Shown here: piece by piece, positions 1 to 12,886 of the stretch | Layout of the letters: every line of letters starts with the position of its first letter | How positions within the stretch are numbered: position 1 is the first letter of the stretch | From: Mobula birostris | Taxonomy: Eukaryota | Length of the DNA: 64,000 bases | Reading direction: 5' to 3' | Assembly (NCBI RefSeq): GCF_030028105.1 | Contig: NC_092379.1 | Coordinates: 28,885,821-28,949,820 of the forward strand | Translations under genes and position numbers: made by a program | The notes under the pieces: generated by a model | The model's database searches: none | Seen by the model: the letters and a program-made list of their open reading frames with translations, nothing else | Told to the model about the DNA's origin: nothing

Positions 1-1490
1 TCCGTGCCTATTCTGGTATCTGTCCCCCACTTTTCCTTCGCTACATCGACGACTGCATTGGCGCTGCTTCCTCCACGCATGCAGAACTCGTTGACTTTAT
101 TAACTTTGCCTCCAACTTTCACCCTGCCCTCAAGTTTACCTGGTCCATTTCCGACACCTCCCTCCCCTTTCTAGATCTTTCTGTCTCTGTCTCTGGAGAC
201 AGCTTATCCACTGATGTCTACTATAAGCCTACTGACTCTCACAGCTATCTGGACTATTCCTCTTCTCACCCTTTCTCTTGCAAAAACGCCATCCCCTTCT
301 CGCAATTCCTCCGTCTCCGCCGCATCTGCTCTCAGGATGAGGCTTTTCATTCTAGGACGAGGGAGATGTCTTCATTTTTTAAAGAAAGGGGCTTCCCTTC
401 CTCCACTATCTACTCTGCACTTAAACACATCTCCCCCATTTCACGTACATCTGCTTTCACTCCATCCTCCCGCCAGGAATAGGGTTCCCCTGGTCCTCAC
501 CTACCACCCCACCAGCCTCCGGGTCCAACATATTAATCTGCGCAACTTCCGCCACCTCCAACGGGATCCCACCACTAAGCATATCTTTCCCTTCCCCCTC
601 TCTCTGCTTTCCGCAGGAATCGCTCCCTACGCGACTCCTTTGTCCATTCGTCCCCCCCCCCCATCCCTCCCCACTGATCTCCCTCCTGGCACTTATCCGT
701 GTGAGCGGAACAAGTGCTACACATGCCCCTACATTTCCTCCCTTACCACCATTCACGGCCCCAGACAGTCTTTCCAGGTGAGGCGACACTTCACCTGTGA
801 GTCGGCTGGGGTGATATACCGCGTCCGGTGCTCTCGATGTGGCTTTCTGTATATTGGCGAGACCCGACGCAGACTGGGAGACCACTTTGCTGAACACGTA
901 CGCTCTGTCTGCCAGAGAAAGCAGAATATCCCAGTGGCCACACATTCTAATTCCACGTCCCATTCCCATTCTGACATGTCCATCCACGGCCTTCTCTACT
1001 GTAAAGATGAAGCCACACTCAGTTTGGAGGAACAACATCTTATATTCCGTCTGGGTAGCCTCCAACCTGATGGCATGAACATCGACTTCTCTAACTTCCG
1101 CTAGTGCCCCACCTCCCCCTAGTACCCCATCTGATACTTATTTTTATATACACATTCTTTCCCTCTCTCCTTTTTCTCCCTCTGTCTCTCTGACTATACC
1201 CCTTGCCCATCCTCTGCTCCCCCCCTGCCCCCGCCGTCTTTCTCCACGGATCTCCTGTCCCATGATCTTCTCATATCCCCTTTGCCAAACACCTGTCCAA
1301 CTCTTGGCTCCATCCCTCCCCTTCCTGTCTTCTCCTATCACTTTGGATCTCCCCCTCCCCCTCCCACTTTCAAAATCTCTTACTAACTCTTCCTTCAGTT
1401 AGTCCTGACGAAGGGTTTCGGCCTGAAACGTCGACTGAAACTCTTCCAATAGATGCTCCCTGGCCTGCTGCGTTTACCAGCAACTTTGAT
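1..1490 (+). mobile_element. Penelope-like retroelement (RT + GIY-YIG endonuclease), cut by the window start
   Basis: RT motif RYIDDCIG encoded near 40-65; ORF 214-1104 contains VIYRVRCSRCGFLYIGETRRRLGDHFAEH (GIY-YIG); CT-rich 3' UTR ending in a hammerhead-bearing tail. Confidence 0.9.
1399..1438 (+). ncRNA. Minimal type I hammerhead ribozyme motif in the Penelope 3' tail
   Basis: TTAGTC-CTGACGA-A-GGGTTTCGGCCT-GAAAC-GTC-GACTGA: intact CUGANGA/GAAA core, stem I (TTAGTC/GACTGA), palindromic ACGT stem III. Confidence 0.7.
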
Positions 1491-2694
1491 GTGCGTTGTC
1501 AGAGAATGATTTGAAGATGTTTCTCAGATAAAAGAGAAGTTATTCAAGTAAGGACAATCAGAGACTTTCCGGCAACTTGTCGCTCTCGTTTCAAAGTATA
1601 TGCGGATTATACTTCTAAATACAGGGCTGATACTAACCACAGGATGGTCTGGCGTTAATTGACTCACCTCTCCCCCCACCGCTCCCCACCCCCTTCGTCT
1701 CCTTCACTGTCTGATCTCTCTCGCTATCTCTTAGTCTCAGTCCATCACTTCTGACTCCGCATCTCCGATTATCCTACGAATCGTCTCCGTCCGTATCTCT
1801 CTTACTCACTGTCACTTTCAAGTGGATGTGAAGGAGTTTATTTTTGCATTCTTTTAGTGTTTCACTTTCTACTACCTCGATAAGCTGTTTAATTAATGCA
1901 TCTGTTAAATCCCAGTCAATGCAATCATCCGACAAGAATAAAAAAGCATATCCAGCAAAATGCCCCACGTGATGATAACATCAGATCTGTCAAATCTGTT
2001 TGGGAAACCAGGTGATACAAGCTATCACTCTGTTGTGCTCCCATTCCCTCTCTGCCTCTCTCGCTCTCTTTTCTACTGAAAGTGGCTTCAGAATATAAGT
2101 GCATGGGTAGTATGCGGTCAAGTATATGTACTTTATTATAAAGTTATTTTGAACATTGTACCTCTTACGCTATCACGTTAAACATTGGCAGGTTCTGTAG
2201 CATTATCTAAATACTCAGTACAAATCAATGTCGCTTTTGCAACATCCTTAATACCGGCAGCATGCCACTTGCAAATCGTTGTCAACCCGAAGACCACCAT
2301 TTTCCCACCTGTGTTTTCCTTTTGTCAGCAACTGTCCTATTTAAATATATCCCGCTTCCATTCTCATTATTTCTCGTTGCTGACACCAGAACAAAGTGTC
2401 CATAGACAAGGTCACGCAGAGTTGTGAATCGTGGTATGCAATTGCAGCAAAAGAGTTTAAGTGAAAGAGCATTGCAGTACCCCGGAAATGCATTTTAAAG
2501 TTCCAGTTTAGTTGCGCATTGCAATCAGGAACTGCTCCTTTAGATTCGGCGCCCTGTGCTGCTGATATCAGCGCTCTTAAGTAGGGCACGTGACCATGGC
2601 TGATTTCTATGTGCGCCCCTTCCAATTTCCCGGATAAAGGCGCTCTCCATTGCGAGCCTTTTTTTTTTTTTGCATTATACAGAACCAATTTTAT

Positions 2695-3076
2695 ACAGAC
2701 ACAAATACATGCCAGTATTCGACACAAGAGTCTCGACAAAATGTAACTAAGCCGTCTAGTTGTCCTTCTGCAACTGCGGTAAATCTCACTGGGCAATCCG
2801 GATGCCGCTCCATTAGTTTCTCCTCAGTTTTGAATATACGAAAAGATATTTGCATCAGTTTAAGTGTAATTACATCTCAGTGCATGTTCTGTCCTTTCTC
2901 AGCCGTTATGTCGGGAGGATTCCACGTCAGTGAATCATTCCCGCGCTTTCCTGAAATAAAGGACACAGTAAGTAAACATTGCTGTCTTGTATTGACCGCA
3001 GGGGAAATTCGCTGTCCACCTTCGCAGAAACTCACCAGGCGGCACTGTCAAGGCGTAATTAACAGAGGGAAAGCAT
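2695..3076 (-). pseudogene. TCR V pseudogene V1 (family A')
   Basis: Leader ATG CTT TCC CTC TGT TAA (stop); GT-AG intron; V exon with frameshifts and a deletion across FR2/CDR2; retains RHPDCPVRF; heptamer and most of the spacer deleted, nonamer remnant ATAAAATTG at 2686-2694. Confidence 0.85.
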
Positions 3077-3338
3077 GGTGTCTTATTTCTGTCTGGATCA
3101 AAAGGCAAATTCCTTCCAGGACGTAATTATCACTCAACAGATATTTTGTAGTGGGGTCGTTTCAGTGATAGCTTTCAACTTGTGTCAGACTAGAGTCGTT
3201 TCCCTGCTCTTCGTATTCGCTGACATAAAGAACCGAAAACTTTCTGAACAACAGACTCTGCTTCATTTCTGTTCAACTCTGTTTCATTTCTGTTCATCTT
3301 TCTACTCGTTTCTCCGTTCTTTGAAGATAGCACGAGAA

Positions 3339-3365
3339 CCCCCCCCCCCTTCTCTCTCTCCCTCC

Positions 3366-3397
<32 letters not shown>

Positions 3398-3420
3398 CTC
3401 TCTGTCTTTCTCTCTTTCCC
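3339..3420. repeat. Poly-C plus (CT)n microsatellite upstream of V1
   Basis: Direct inspection. Confidence 0.95.
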
Positions 3421-3894
3421 ATGCTCTTTTGGGTTTTTGTACTGTTTGGAGGATGTCTGTGGACGGTATAAATTTCGTGATGCATATTGTGCACATTCTC
3501 TGATTTTAAAAGGAACCAACCTGATCAGCAGATACCTATATGCTCAGTTTCCACGTTTCCCAAGTTATTATGTTTTCAACGTCCCACAAAAGACGCTCTA
3601 GGTAGCATTCCTCCTGATCGATCGAAGGATCACTGAGGTACGTGTTAAGAGGAATTTTCGAGAATCGGACAGGTAAATCTGTGAACCATTAGAACATAAT
3701 ATATAGGAAAAGAATTAGGCCATTTGTCCGATCGACTCTGCTCCGCCATTTCAGATCAGACAGTGTAGTAATGGAATTTTCCGAAACGGTAAACGTACCA
3801 TTAAATTGAGAGTTTCAGAATTTCAAAATATAGCTTTGGAAACAGATGTACTAAACTTCTCTTCCTTCGACAGTCACGAGGATACTGCAAATTC

Positions 3895-5010
3895 AAGCAA
3901 CACACACAAAAAATGCTGGTAAACACAGCAGGCCAGGTAGCATCTATAGGAAGAGGTACAGTCGAGGTTTCGGGCCGTGACCCTTCGGCAGGACTAACTG
4001 AAAGAAGTGATAGTGAGAGATTTGAAAGAGGGAGGGGGAGGGGGAGATCCAAAATGACAGGAGAAGATAAGCGGGGAGGAGTGGATCGAAGAGCTGGAAA
4101 GTTGATTGGCAAAAGGATACCAGACTGGAGGAGGGAGAGGATCATCGGACGGTAAGCCTAGGGAGAAAGAGAACGGGGGAAGGGGAGCCCAGAGGGTGGA
4201 GTGCAGGTAAGGAGTTATAGTGAGAGGGACAGAGGGAGAAAAAGAGAGAGAGGGAAAGAAAAACAGGGGGGAATAAACATATATTAAATAAATAAGGGTT
4301 GGGGTGTGAAGGAGATATGAGGCATTAACGGAAGTTGGAGAAGTCAATGTTCATGCCATCAGGTTGGAGGCTACCCAGACGGAATTTCAGGTGTTGTTCC
4401 TCCAACCTGAGCGTGGCTGCATCTTGACAGTGGAGGACGCGTGGACAGACATATCACAATGGGAATGGGACGAGGAATTAAAATGTGTGGCCACTGGGAG
4501 ATCTTGCTTTCTCTAGTGGACAGAGCGTTTGTGTTCAGCGAAACGGTCTCCTAGTTTGCGTCGGGTCCCGCCAATATATAGAAGGCCGCACCGGGAGCAC
4601 CGGACTCAGTATATCACGCCAGCCGAATCACAGGTGAATTGTCGACGCAACTACAAGGACTGACTGGGGCCCTGAACGGTGATGAGGGGGAATTGTAAGG
4701 GCATGTGTAGCACATATCCCGCTTACAAGGATAAGTGCCGGGAGAAAGATCGGTGGGAAGGAAATGTGGTCGGGGGGGGGGGGGGCGGGTGATTAATGAT
4801 CAAGGGAGTCGTGTAGGGAGCGATCCCTGCGGAAAGCAGAAAGAGGTGGTGGAGGGAAAGATATGCTTGGTGGTGGGATCCTGTTGGAGGTGGCGAATAT
4901 TACGGAGAATTATATGTTGCACCAGGAGGCTGTTGGGGTGGTGAGTAAGAACAAGGGGAACCCTATTCCTAGTGGCTGGCGGGAGGATGGGGTAAGTGCA
5001 AATGTGCGTG
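3895..5010 (-). mobile_element. 5'-truncated Penelope-like element (GIY-YIG part plus 3' tail)
   Basis: Reverse-complement homologue of 480-1490; same insertion site as the copy at 62.1-63.3 kb. Confidence 0.85.
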
Positions 5011-6101
5011 AAACAGTAGTCACCAGTAATCGGTTGTTCTCTCTATATATCTCTTCCATCGGAGGGAAAACACTAAAGTGGAAAAGCAGGTTCCAGTGTG
5101 CACAAGTATACACTCTACCCGATTATAAGAGTATTGAACTGTGGAATGAAATAGAATCTCAATCCCAATCCACCAGGGTCTGATCATGTTCTTATTTGAT
5201 GGCTGCGCAGCGTTTATATACGTCTGTTACACTTTGTTTATATTGTTTTATTATTTTACTTTGTACTACCGCGATAAGCAGTACAATGCATTCAACTGCA
5301 ATAAATGAATCGATGCAATCCTGCAACAATAATGAGCACATTCCGTTCGCAATCTAGATATATATACCAAAATACTCCATGTGGTGATTACATCAGATCC
5401 GTTAAATCTGGTCGGGAAACCAGATTATACAAGTTATCAGGCTGTTGTGATCCCATTCCCTCCATTCCTCTCTCGCTCCTTCATACTGAATATGACTTTA
5501 AAATATGAGTCCTGGGGTAGTATGCGGTCGCATGTATATATTTTAACCATAAAGTTATTTTCAACACTGAACCTCTTTCACACAGCACGGGAATACACCG
5601 ACGAACATCGTAACTGCATTCTCTATCACGCTAAACATACACAGGTTCTGTCGGATTATCTAAGCACTCCGTATAAATAATGAGTAGCGGCTGTATCTTC
5701 CTTAATTTCAGTGGGTTGTTAATTTCTGGGTTTCGGTAGCATGCCACTTGCAATTCTTTGTCATTCTGGAAAGCACCAGTTTTGCCACCCTCTGTTTTCC
5801 ATTGACCACTTTAAATATATCCGGGTTCCATTCCGTCCGTATTACTTTTCTTTGTGAACAAACGAACAAATGTCAGACAAGGCTGTCCATCGTTTTATAC
5901 CCTTACAGGAAAAGAAGATGGGCGAATGTACATTGTGTTATTCAGGAAATGAATTGCAAATTTCCAGTTCGCTTGCGCCTTGTAATGAGTAACTGTTCCT
6001 TCAGCTTCGGCGCCTTGTGCTGCTGCTTACAGCGCTCTTCAGCAGGGCACGTGACCATGGATGATTTCCGGGTGCATCGCTTCCAGCTTCGCCGCGAACA
6101 G

Positions 6102-6115
6102 GCGCCCTCCTGTGA
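6102..6115 (-). promoter_or_regulatory. CTCF-like motif downstream of the V2 RSS
   Basis: TCACAGGAGGGCGC versus consensus CCASYAGRKGGCRC, 24 bp beyond the nonamer. Confidence 0.4.
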
Positions 6116-6139
6116 GACCTTTTTGCATCACACAGAACT

Positions 6140-6178
6140 AGCTTTTGTCCGGACCAGCCGTCTGCATACAACAGTGTG
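6140..6178 (-). other. 23-RSS of V2
   Basis: CACACTG + 23 bp (TTGTATGCAGACGGCTGGTCCGG) + ACAAAAGCT. Confidence 0.92.
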
Positions 6179-6598
6179 GTACTCATTGCACAGAGATACC
6201 TGCCAGAGTCCGACACCAGAGCTTCACGGATGTGCAATTGAGCCGTCTTGCTGACTATCTGCGAACTAGCGGTAAACCGATTAATTCGATTCATTCCTCC
6301 AATGCTAGTTCCCTTCAGCAAATACTTTGGAGGTTCTCCACTACGTTGAATGTACCAAAAGAGATCTGGATCATCGTAAGTGTAATTACAGTTTAGTGTT
6401 ATGTTCTGTCCTTCCTTGGCCATTCGGTCGGGAGGATCCTGCGTCACTGAAGCTTTCCCACTTGCTCCTGCAAAAAGGGACAGAATAGATCAACAACGCC
6501 GGCTTGTATTGAACGCCGGGGTAATTCGCTGGCCACCTTCGCAGACACTCACCAGGCAGCACAGCCAGTGCAATCATTAGTAAACAGAGGGAAACCAT
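6179..6598 (-). CDS. Intact TCR V segment V2 (TRAV/TRDV-like, family A); leader 6553-6598, V exon 6179-6467
   Basis: Spliced product MVSLCLLMIALAVLP/GASGKASVTQDPPDRMAKEGQNITLNCNYTYDDPDLFWYIQRSGEPPKYLLKGTSIGGMNRINRFTASSQIVSKTAQLHIREALVSDSGRYLCAMS; canonical Cys, Trp and YxC; 85-nt GT-AG intron; 23-RSS. Confidence 0.9.
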
Positions 6599-6659
6599 GA
6601 TGTCTAATTTCTGGCTGAATAGAATGGCAGATGCCTTCCAGGACATAATTGTCACTCAA

Positions 6660-6805
6660 CAGATATTGTGGTGTGAGGTCGTTTCAGCGATACCTTTCAC
6701 CGTATGTAAGAGCGAGGGCGTTTTCTTGGTTAAAGGACTGGCTGACACAATAAACCGAGACTTTCTGAGCACCAATCAGAATCTGTTTTTCTCATACGTC
6801 ATTCT
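6660..6805 (-). promoter_or_regulatory. Putative V2 promoter
   Basis: RUNX-type TGTGGT 6667-6672; CCAAT box 6772-6776 (CTGATTGGT in gene sense); CRE half-site TGACG 6797-6801. Confidence 0.5.
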
Positions 6806-6809
6806 GCCT

Positions 6810-6810
6810 G

Positions 6811-6841
<31 letters not shown>

Positions 6842-6842
6842 G
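6810..6842. repeat. (CT)n microsatellite upstream of V2
   Basis: Direct inspection. Confidence 0.95.
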
Positions 6843-8039
6843 TGTGCCCTACTGCCTTTGTTACCCTGTTATCTGCATACCCACAGCATATTCAGAAACT
6901 TATCAAACTGTAATCATACGCAATTAGGCATTTTCCACACGGTCGTTTCTTCAATATCGACAGAATCCTGCTGGAAGTAGTTCATGTATTTATTTGTTTG
7001 TTTAGTTAGTTATTTGGTGATATATCCCACAATAGTCCCTTAGGTCAACATTTTTCAATCTTCAGGCATTGAACTAGTTATTCAATGTCAGCAAGTGTTC
7101 ATCTAGTTTTTGTTTGCTGTTGCGGAGCCAATCTGCCATCCACGCCAATGGACTCCTGAAAGCACACTTTGTGCAGTCAGCAATCTCTTCGTTAAGAAAA
7201 ATACTCACATCTGCATGCCACTTGTAATTATTTCAAATCGCATTAAAATATCGTAATAACGCATTCGCCATTTCCACCCATAGGTCAAAGCGCTGATTGT
7301 CCTCTCTGTCTATGCCTCTGGACATATTATGCACAGTTATTAAGTTACCCCTCATCTTCCTTCTTTACAGAAAGAAAGGGCCTTGTTCGCAGAAACTGAA
7401 ATGACCTGTGGAAGAAACAGGCACTTGCCGATGTGTAACTGAAGTTGAGCATTACGATTCCTCTTCCTTTAATTGTCGATGCCGAGAGCCAGATCTTTCC
7501 CACACGCTTTTGCAGAAGAAGGATAAAATAACTGAACATCAAGTGCTTCCATTGCACCTGCGAGACACCCACTGACTATTTGCGAAAAGATTCGCCAGGC
7601 AGCGTAGACGATATAATCAGTAAGGGTCAAGGACGCACATGGGGTCTGCTCTCACGCACGGTCCTAAGCAGATAACAAGAAGCTGATACCACAGATATGC
7701 GAGAATTATGTCAGATACGCTGCACCCTTCACTTCGTGGAAAACCTCCGTAATTTGCTCTTCTAACTGGGAGTTGAACCTTGGAAGTCAGAGCTGAGATT
7801 ATTTCACCACCGTCGTGAATGGAACTAATACACTCTCTGTTTATTTATCAGTCATTCACTTTCATTCAGGTGCCTTGCCGTTCGGTGTGGGCGATCATGT
7901 GTCTCCATCCATCACAGTCCCTAACCCTCCGAATTATGTTTTTTGCCTGCCCTGTTTCTAACCATGATGTTATTCCATCTATCATTTTCATTCCCTGTCT
8001 CGCTCTGCTTCTTTTTCTTCCAGATTTCCAGTTGTAATT

Positions 8040-8590
8040 AAATGTTCTAATGTCTCTCTTCGGATGAAGTGTCCAAAGAATTTTGATTGCTGTTTTCTGA
8101 TTTTTTAAGTAATGTACGTTTTCTTTTCGTTCTCTGTAGTACTTCTTCGTTGGTTATTCTGTCTGTATATGATATGCATATCATTCTTCTGAGGAACCAC
8201 ATCTCTGCTAAATTGATTCTATTTCCTGTTGCATTCGGGATTGCCCATGACTCACAACCATACACCAAGACAGGAAGAATTTAGCAGCTAAGTGCTCTAG
8301 GGCGGTTGTCAATTGCTTTTTTCTTGTTCGTTAGGATGTTTCTGATTTCTGTAAATGCTGTTCTTGCTATTGCTATTCTTGCTTTTATGTCTGTTTCGCA
8401 TTTGCCATCAGATGTTACCCATGATCGAAGGTACTAGAAGTTGTGAACATGTTTCAGGATTTTATTTCCCAATACGATCCTACAGTTTGGGATATCAGGT
8501 TTATTTGATATTACCATTACTTCGGCTTTCTTTTTGTTTAAGGTTCGTCCAAGTCTTTCGCTGTCTGTGTTGAAAGTAGATCATTCACTC
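8040..8590 (-). mobile_element. RTE-clade LINE fragment (C-terminal RT region)
   Basis: ORF 8047-8268 YGCESWAIPNATGNRINLAEMWFLRRMICISYTDRITNEEVLQR, typical of RTE elements. Confidence 0.75.
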
Positions 8591-9256
8591 TAACTATATT
8601 CTGTTTGTCAATCTCACTTTTCCCTTTTTCGTTCTACTTTAATAAACATTTCATTTCTTGCAACGAATCTCTGTCTTTGTTCCCTTTTTTGTTACTGTCC
8701 CACATTTCCGTTGCTATGTCACTCAATGGCTCCCAGTCTGCCTCTGTATTCCCATTTTACTGAAACCTCAATGTAGCTTTAAATGTGTTATGGGAACGTC
8801 CCTTCATCCAACGCCAGTCCATTCGGTATTAATTTGCAATTCGTAAAATAGACATCAATTTATCTGAACTTTTAGGACGCTCATGTCAATGGACACCACC
8901 TGCAATTTATCTTTAGCCGTAACATTAAGTGTGACAGCATGTCCAATGCTGTCTGGACATATACACCCTCAGTATCTCTAGGTTACACTCATCTTCGCTG
9001 TTAATCCCTCGAGGTAGTGAAAAATGAAGTCTAGCAAAAAAATAACCACAAGATATTCTTAGAGGCAACAGAGCGACATGGACACCACCATATAGTAGAA
9101 ATGCTTCAGAAAGCCGCCATAATATCCCTAGGTAAATCTAAATTCAAGCAGTGTTCCACAAGTTTGGTCACATTTTGTTGCTGAATGCGGCATTTCAAAT
9201 CCACCACGTGGTCTTCAAGCTTTCTGCGTATAGCTGTTCCAGTTCCGCAACAAAAG

Positions 9257-9270
9257 GCGCCCTCTGGTGA
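9257..9270 (-). promoter_or_regulatory. CTCF-like motif downstream of the V3 RSS
   Basis: TCACCAGAGGGCGC, 13/14 match to CCASYAGRKGGCRC, 12 bp beyond the nonamer. Confidence 0.6.
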
Positions 9271-9282
9271 TCACGCAACGCT

Positions 9283-9321
9283 GGACTTTTTACAGACCCG
9301 CTGTTTCCCTACAACACTGAG
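9283..9321 (-). other. Degenerate 23-RSS of V3
   Basis: CTCAGTG + 23 bp + AAAAAGTCC; the essential CAC is mutated. Confidence 0.75.
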
Positions 9322-9747
9322 GGGTCCTTTGTACAGAAGTATTGTATACACTTGAGTCCGGGACAAGAATTCCAGAGATACACGAATGAGCTGACCCTGC
9401 GTCTGTGCATTACAACTGTAAACCTCACCCGTCGTTCTGAGACCGCTGAAGTTTTCCTCAGCCATAGAGCTTCAGCAGGTTTTAGGACATTCTCCGCTAT
9501 GCTGAGTGTATCAGATAGGTTTTTCTTAGTTCGTGTGCAACTGCATTTCAGTGTTATTATCTGACTTCCATCAGCCAATAATTTAGGAGTATTCTGATCA
9601 CAGATTTGTACTTTCTCGTTCCTGCAATAATGGACAGAATGCAGTGACTTCTCTGACTTGCACTGAACTACGCTCTCGTTGGTCATGTGTGCAGCATCTT
9701 TGCTGTCAGGATGGAGAATGAAACCTATAAGAAACTGAGGGACACAT
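9322..9747 (-). pseudogene. TCR V pseudogene V3 (family B)
   Basis: 45-nt frameshifted leader without a GT donor; exon gives QIITLKCSCTRT, Trp codon changed to TGA (TGA TAC ACT CAG), VPDSSVY..YFCTKD; multiple frameshifts. Confidence 0.8.
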
Positions 9748-9950
9748 ATTCACTCGCTTCAGCCCCGAAGGGATCGCAAATCACTTACAAGAATTTATCA
9801 GCATGACAGATAATGCGGGGTAAAACGTATCAGAATTAGAGTGAATGGTGCAATGCTCAACGATTGCAAGATAAAACCAGAACAAAGGATATATGAGAAC
9901 TAGTCAGAATCCAGTTACATTGAAACTCCTATTTTGCCTTTTCGCACGCT

Positions 9951-9954
<4 letters not shown>

Positions 9955-9992
<38 letters not shown>

Positions 9993-10210
9993 TCCTCCCT
10001 TCCTTCACTTTGTTCCCTCCTCTCCCCACTCTACCTCTCGCCATCTATCTATTTATCTATCGTTCTCTCGTTATCTTCGTCTCCCTTTTTCACTATTTTG
10101 CTTTATCCCTACCTACTTCTCTCTCTCGTTCTCACTCCGGAAATTGATTTCTATTTTACTATTTATCTACACGTTTGAACGCTCTAACAACTCACTCTCG
10201 CTTTCTTTGC
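9955..10210. repeat. (CT)n and CT-rich low-complexity tract upstream of V3
   Basis: Direct inspection. Confidence 0.9.
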
Positions 10211-12886
10211 CATTCTGCCACTGCTCTATCCTTTTTCACATCATGTCACCCCATGCTAACCAGCGTATCCGCGACGATTCCTCCGAGTCTCCGCAAAGTT
10301 GTGACCTTCCGCTGCTGCTGTTATCTAACTTATTATTAGCCTTTTAAGTTATTGACGAAATACCTTTCAATCTTCCAGAACCCCGTTGGATATGTCTTGT
10401 CAATAGCACATCAAATATCTATTCCAAGGGACGAGCTGGGATTAAATGTTTAACGAACATGAGCAAGAGCAGGCAAACATTGCGAACATTGAGGTGTTCA
10501 GATCCCGTATCGCCGTGGAACGTTGGTGCTGAACTGCCCCAAATCTATTCAGTGGATTCCGGCACGATTCCCTCGAAGTTATTTAAGCGGAACATCTTTG
10601 CCCAGAGACACGAAATATTACTGGACTGTCTTCGCGTAGAACAATATTTCCTGTCAGGAATATTTTCATCGGTTTTCCAGAATAGTGAACGCACGACAAA
10701 CAGGTTCTGCCAGATTCCAAGTGACTGAAGCTCAGTGACACGGTTTCCCCTTCCACCGTCATTAAATCTCTCGTTCAGAGGTTCACAAAATCTGCCTCGC
10801 TCGTCCCTGTATCAAACCCCGAAGATGTGAGGGGCGCCTAAACCCAGTGACCTTTGGAGGATACGCTCTGACGGCTTTGCCAGATTCATCAAACGGAGTA
10901 GTAAGTACACAGAACATCCCAGCGGGAACTTGGTGATTTGAATAAAATAAACAGAGGAAGATTTGAGGATGTTACTCCGATAAAACAGAAGTTACTCAGG
11001 TAAGTACAACAAGAGACTTTCCGGGAGACTCGGCGCTTTCGTTTCGATGTATCTTCCTCTCCCCTCTCTCTTCCTATGTTCCGATGGGAGAATTTACTGC
11101 CGATTGCCTGTCGGGGACATTGGAATTAGAAAAATGCTTGACTGTAACATCAAAACAGCGACTGCGTCTCCTCTCTCGCTTTCGAACAAACCATATCAGA
11201 CTCTCCCTTGTCAGTGTGAGAGACAGAATGCCTGTAGAACGAAGAAATATTGCAGTAAAAAGCTATTTTTTTCCTGTACTGTAGGCCAAGCCTCGCCTTG
11301 TACCTTTGCGGTGACTTCGACGGTGGCTGGTGGTGGAAATGCTAATGCTTTATATTACAATGAGTGACAGAAGTAGAAGCGGGGTAGGTTAATGTTGCTG
11401 GCCGCTGATTTTGCGAGAGATGTGGCAGTGGGCGTTCAGGTTCATACATTTTTTCTGACATTGATGCTTTGGGTTTTTGTTCTGTATTAAGAATATCTGT
11501 GGAGACTATAAATTTCAGGTTATGTATTGTGTCCATTCTCTGATTTTAAACGTAACTGTTTAAGCATGCTGGGCATTCTTTTCGCAGTTTTCTGTTATAT
11601 CTGACAACAGCAAAATATATAATAAACGTAAACCAGTTTGGGGTATCTGTAAGCGTCTGTAAAGTGAAGGGATACATCAGGCTGTCCTTCATTAGTTCAT
11701 AAAAATATCGGTTAAGTGGGGAAGTGGCGATAGCTGTGCACTGCAGAGTGCCTATCGTGGCACCCTGGCGATATCTGGTGCTATTTCACCATGGATCCGA
11801 TTGGATTCCGACAATTTCGATGCTGTCAGCAAGTACTTCTGTGCTCAATTTCCACTTTTTGCGCATTTCCAAATGTTACACTGCCCGCAAAAGACGTTCT
11901 GGGTAGCATGTGCCCGTGATCGGAGGATCATTGAGTGTGTACGTTAAGAGGAATGTGCAACAATTGGGCCGATAAATCAGTTGACCATAAGACCATAAGA
12001 ATCGAGGAACGGAATTAGGCCACTTGATCTATCGAGTCTGCTCCAACATTTCAGAAGAGACACTGTGGTAATGGAATTCTTCGACACAGTAAACATATAT
12101 TTAATATAGGAGGTTAAAAAATCGAAATATACCTTTGGAAACAGAAGCTATCACTTTGTGCTCCCTCGGTAGGAATCTGACGTTCCCTCTCTGTGTCTCT
12201 TCGATCGTGAGGTGATTCAAAGTTCTAAAAGCAGCAATAGATTATTTCCTCTGCAAGAATATTGAACGGTAGGATGAAATTGAATCCCAATCCCATCCAC
12301 CTCGGTATGACCTTGCTCTTTATTCCTGCCTGCACTACATTTTTATACGGCTCTTACAATTTATTTTTGTATTCTTTTATTGTTTAAATTTGCACTACCT
12401 CCATCAGAGGTGTAGTGAATTCATCTGTAAAAACCGAATCAAGGCAATACTAAACAAATTCCTATCCAATTTACACATGTAGCGAACTTCACCTGGAAAT
12501 AAAATTATATCACTTAAATCCGGTTGGGAAACTAGATTATTCAAGCAATCACCCTGTTGTGATCCCATTCCCTCTCTCCTCCCTCGCTCTCTTATACACG
12601 GAAAATACCTTGAAAAATATGAATATTGGAGTAGTATGTGATGACGTATATGTAGTTTAATCATAAATTCACTTTAAGTATTGAACCTCTTTCACACAGC
12701 AACGACCAAAATAGCATCTGCATTCTCTGTCACGCTAAGCATCCGCTGGTTGTGTCGCATTATCTAAATTCTCAAAATAAACAATAAGTCGTTTTTCCAA
12801 CATCCTGACTTTCATTAGCGTGCCACTTGCAATTCTTCATCAATCGGAAAACCACAAACTTTCTCACCATCTGGTGCCCTTTAGTC

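Noticed and set aside
214-1104. 296-aa ORF as a cellular gene
   Set aside because: Frameshifted Penelope RT/GIY-YIG sequence with several other copies in the window.
3190-3519. Arg/Glu-rich or Ser/Leu-rich ORFs (also at 9934, 34438, 39321, 41563, 59652)
   Set aside because: Translations of (CT)n/(GA)n microsatellites.
3960-4000. Active hammerheads at ~3.96, 26.7 and 62.2 kb
   Set aside because: Catalytic core mutated (CTGCCGA or CTACCGA in place of CTGANGA).
6179-9747. NAR-TCR-like tandem V cassette (V-D-J plus supporting V) or Ig-like V segments
   Set aside because: No D or J segments or 12-RSS were seen between the paired V genes, the downstream V has its own leader and promoter, and the sequences lack IgH/NAR hallmarks.
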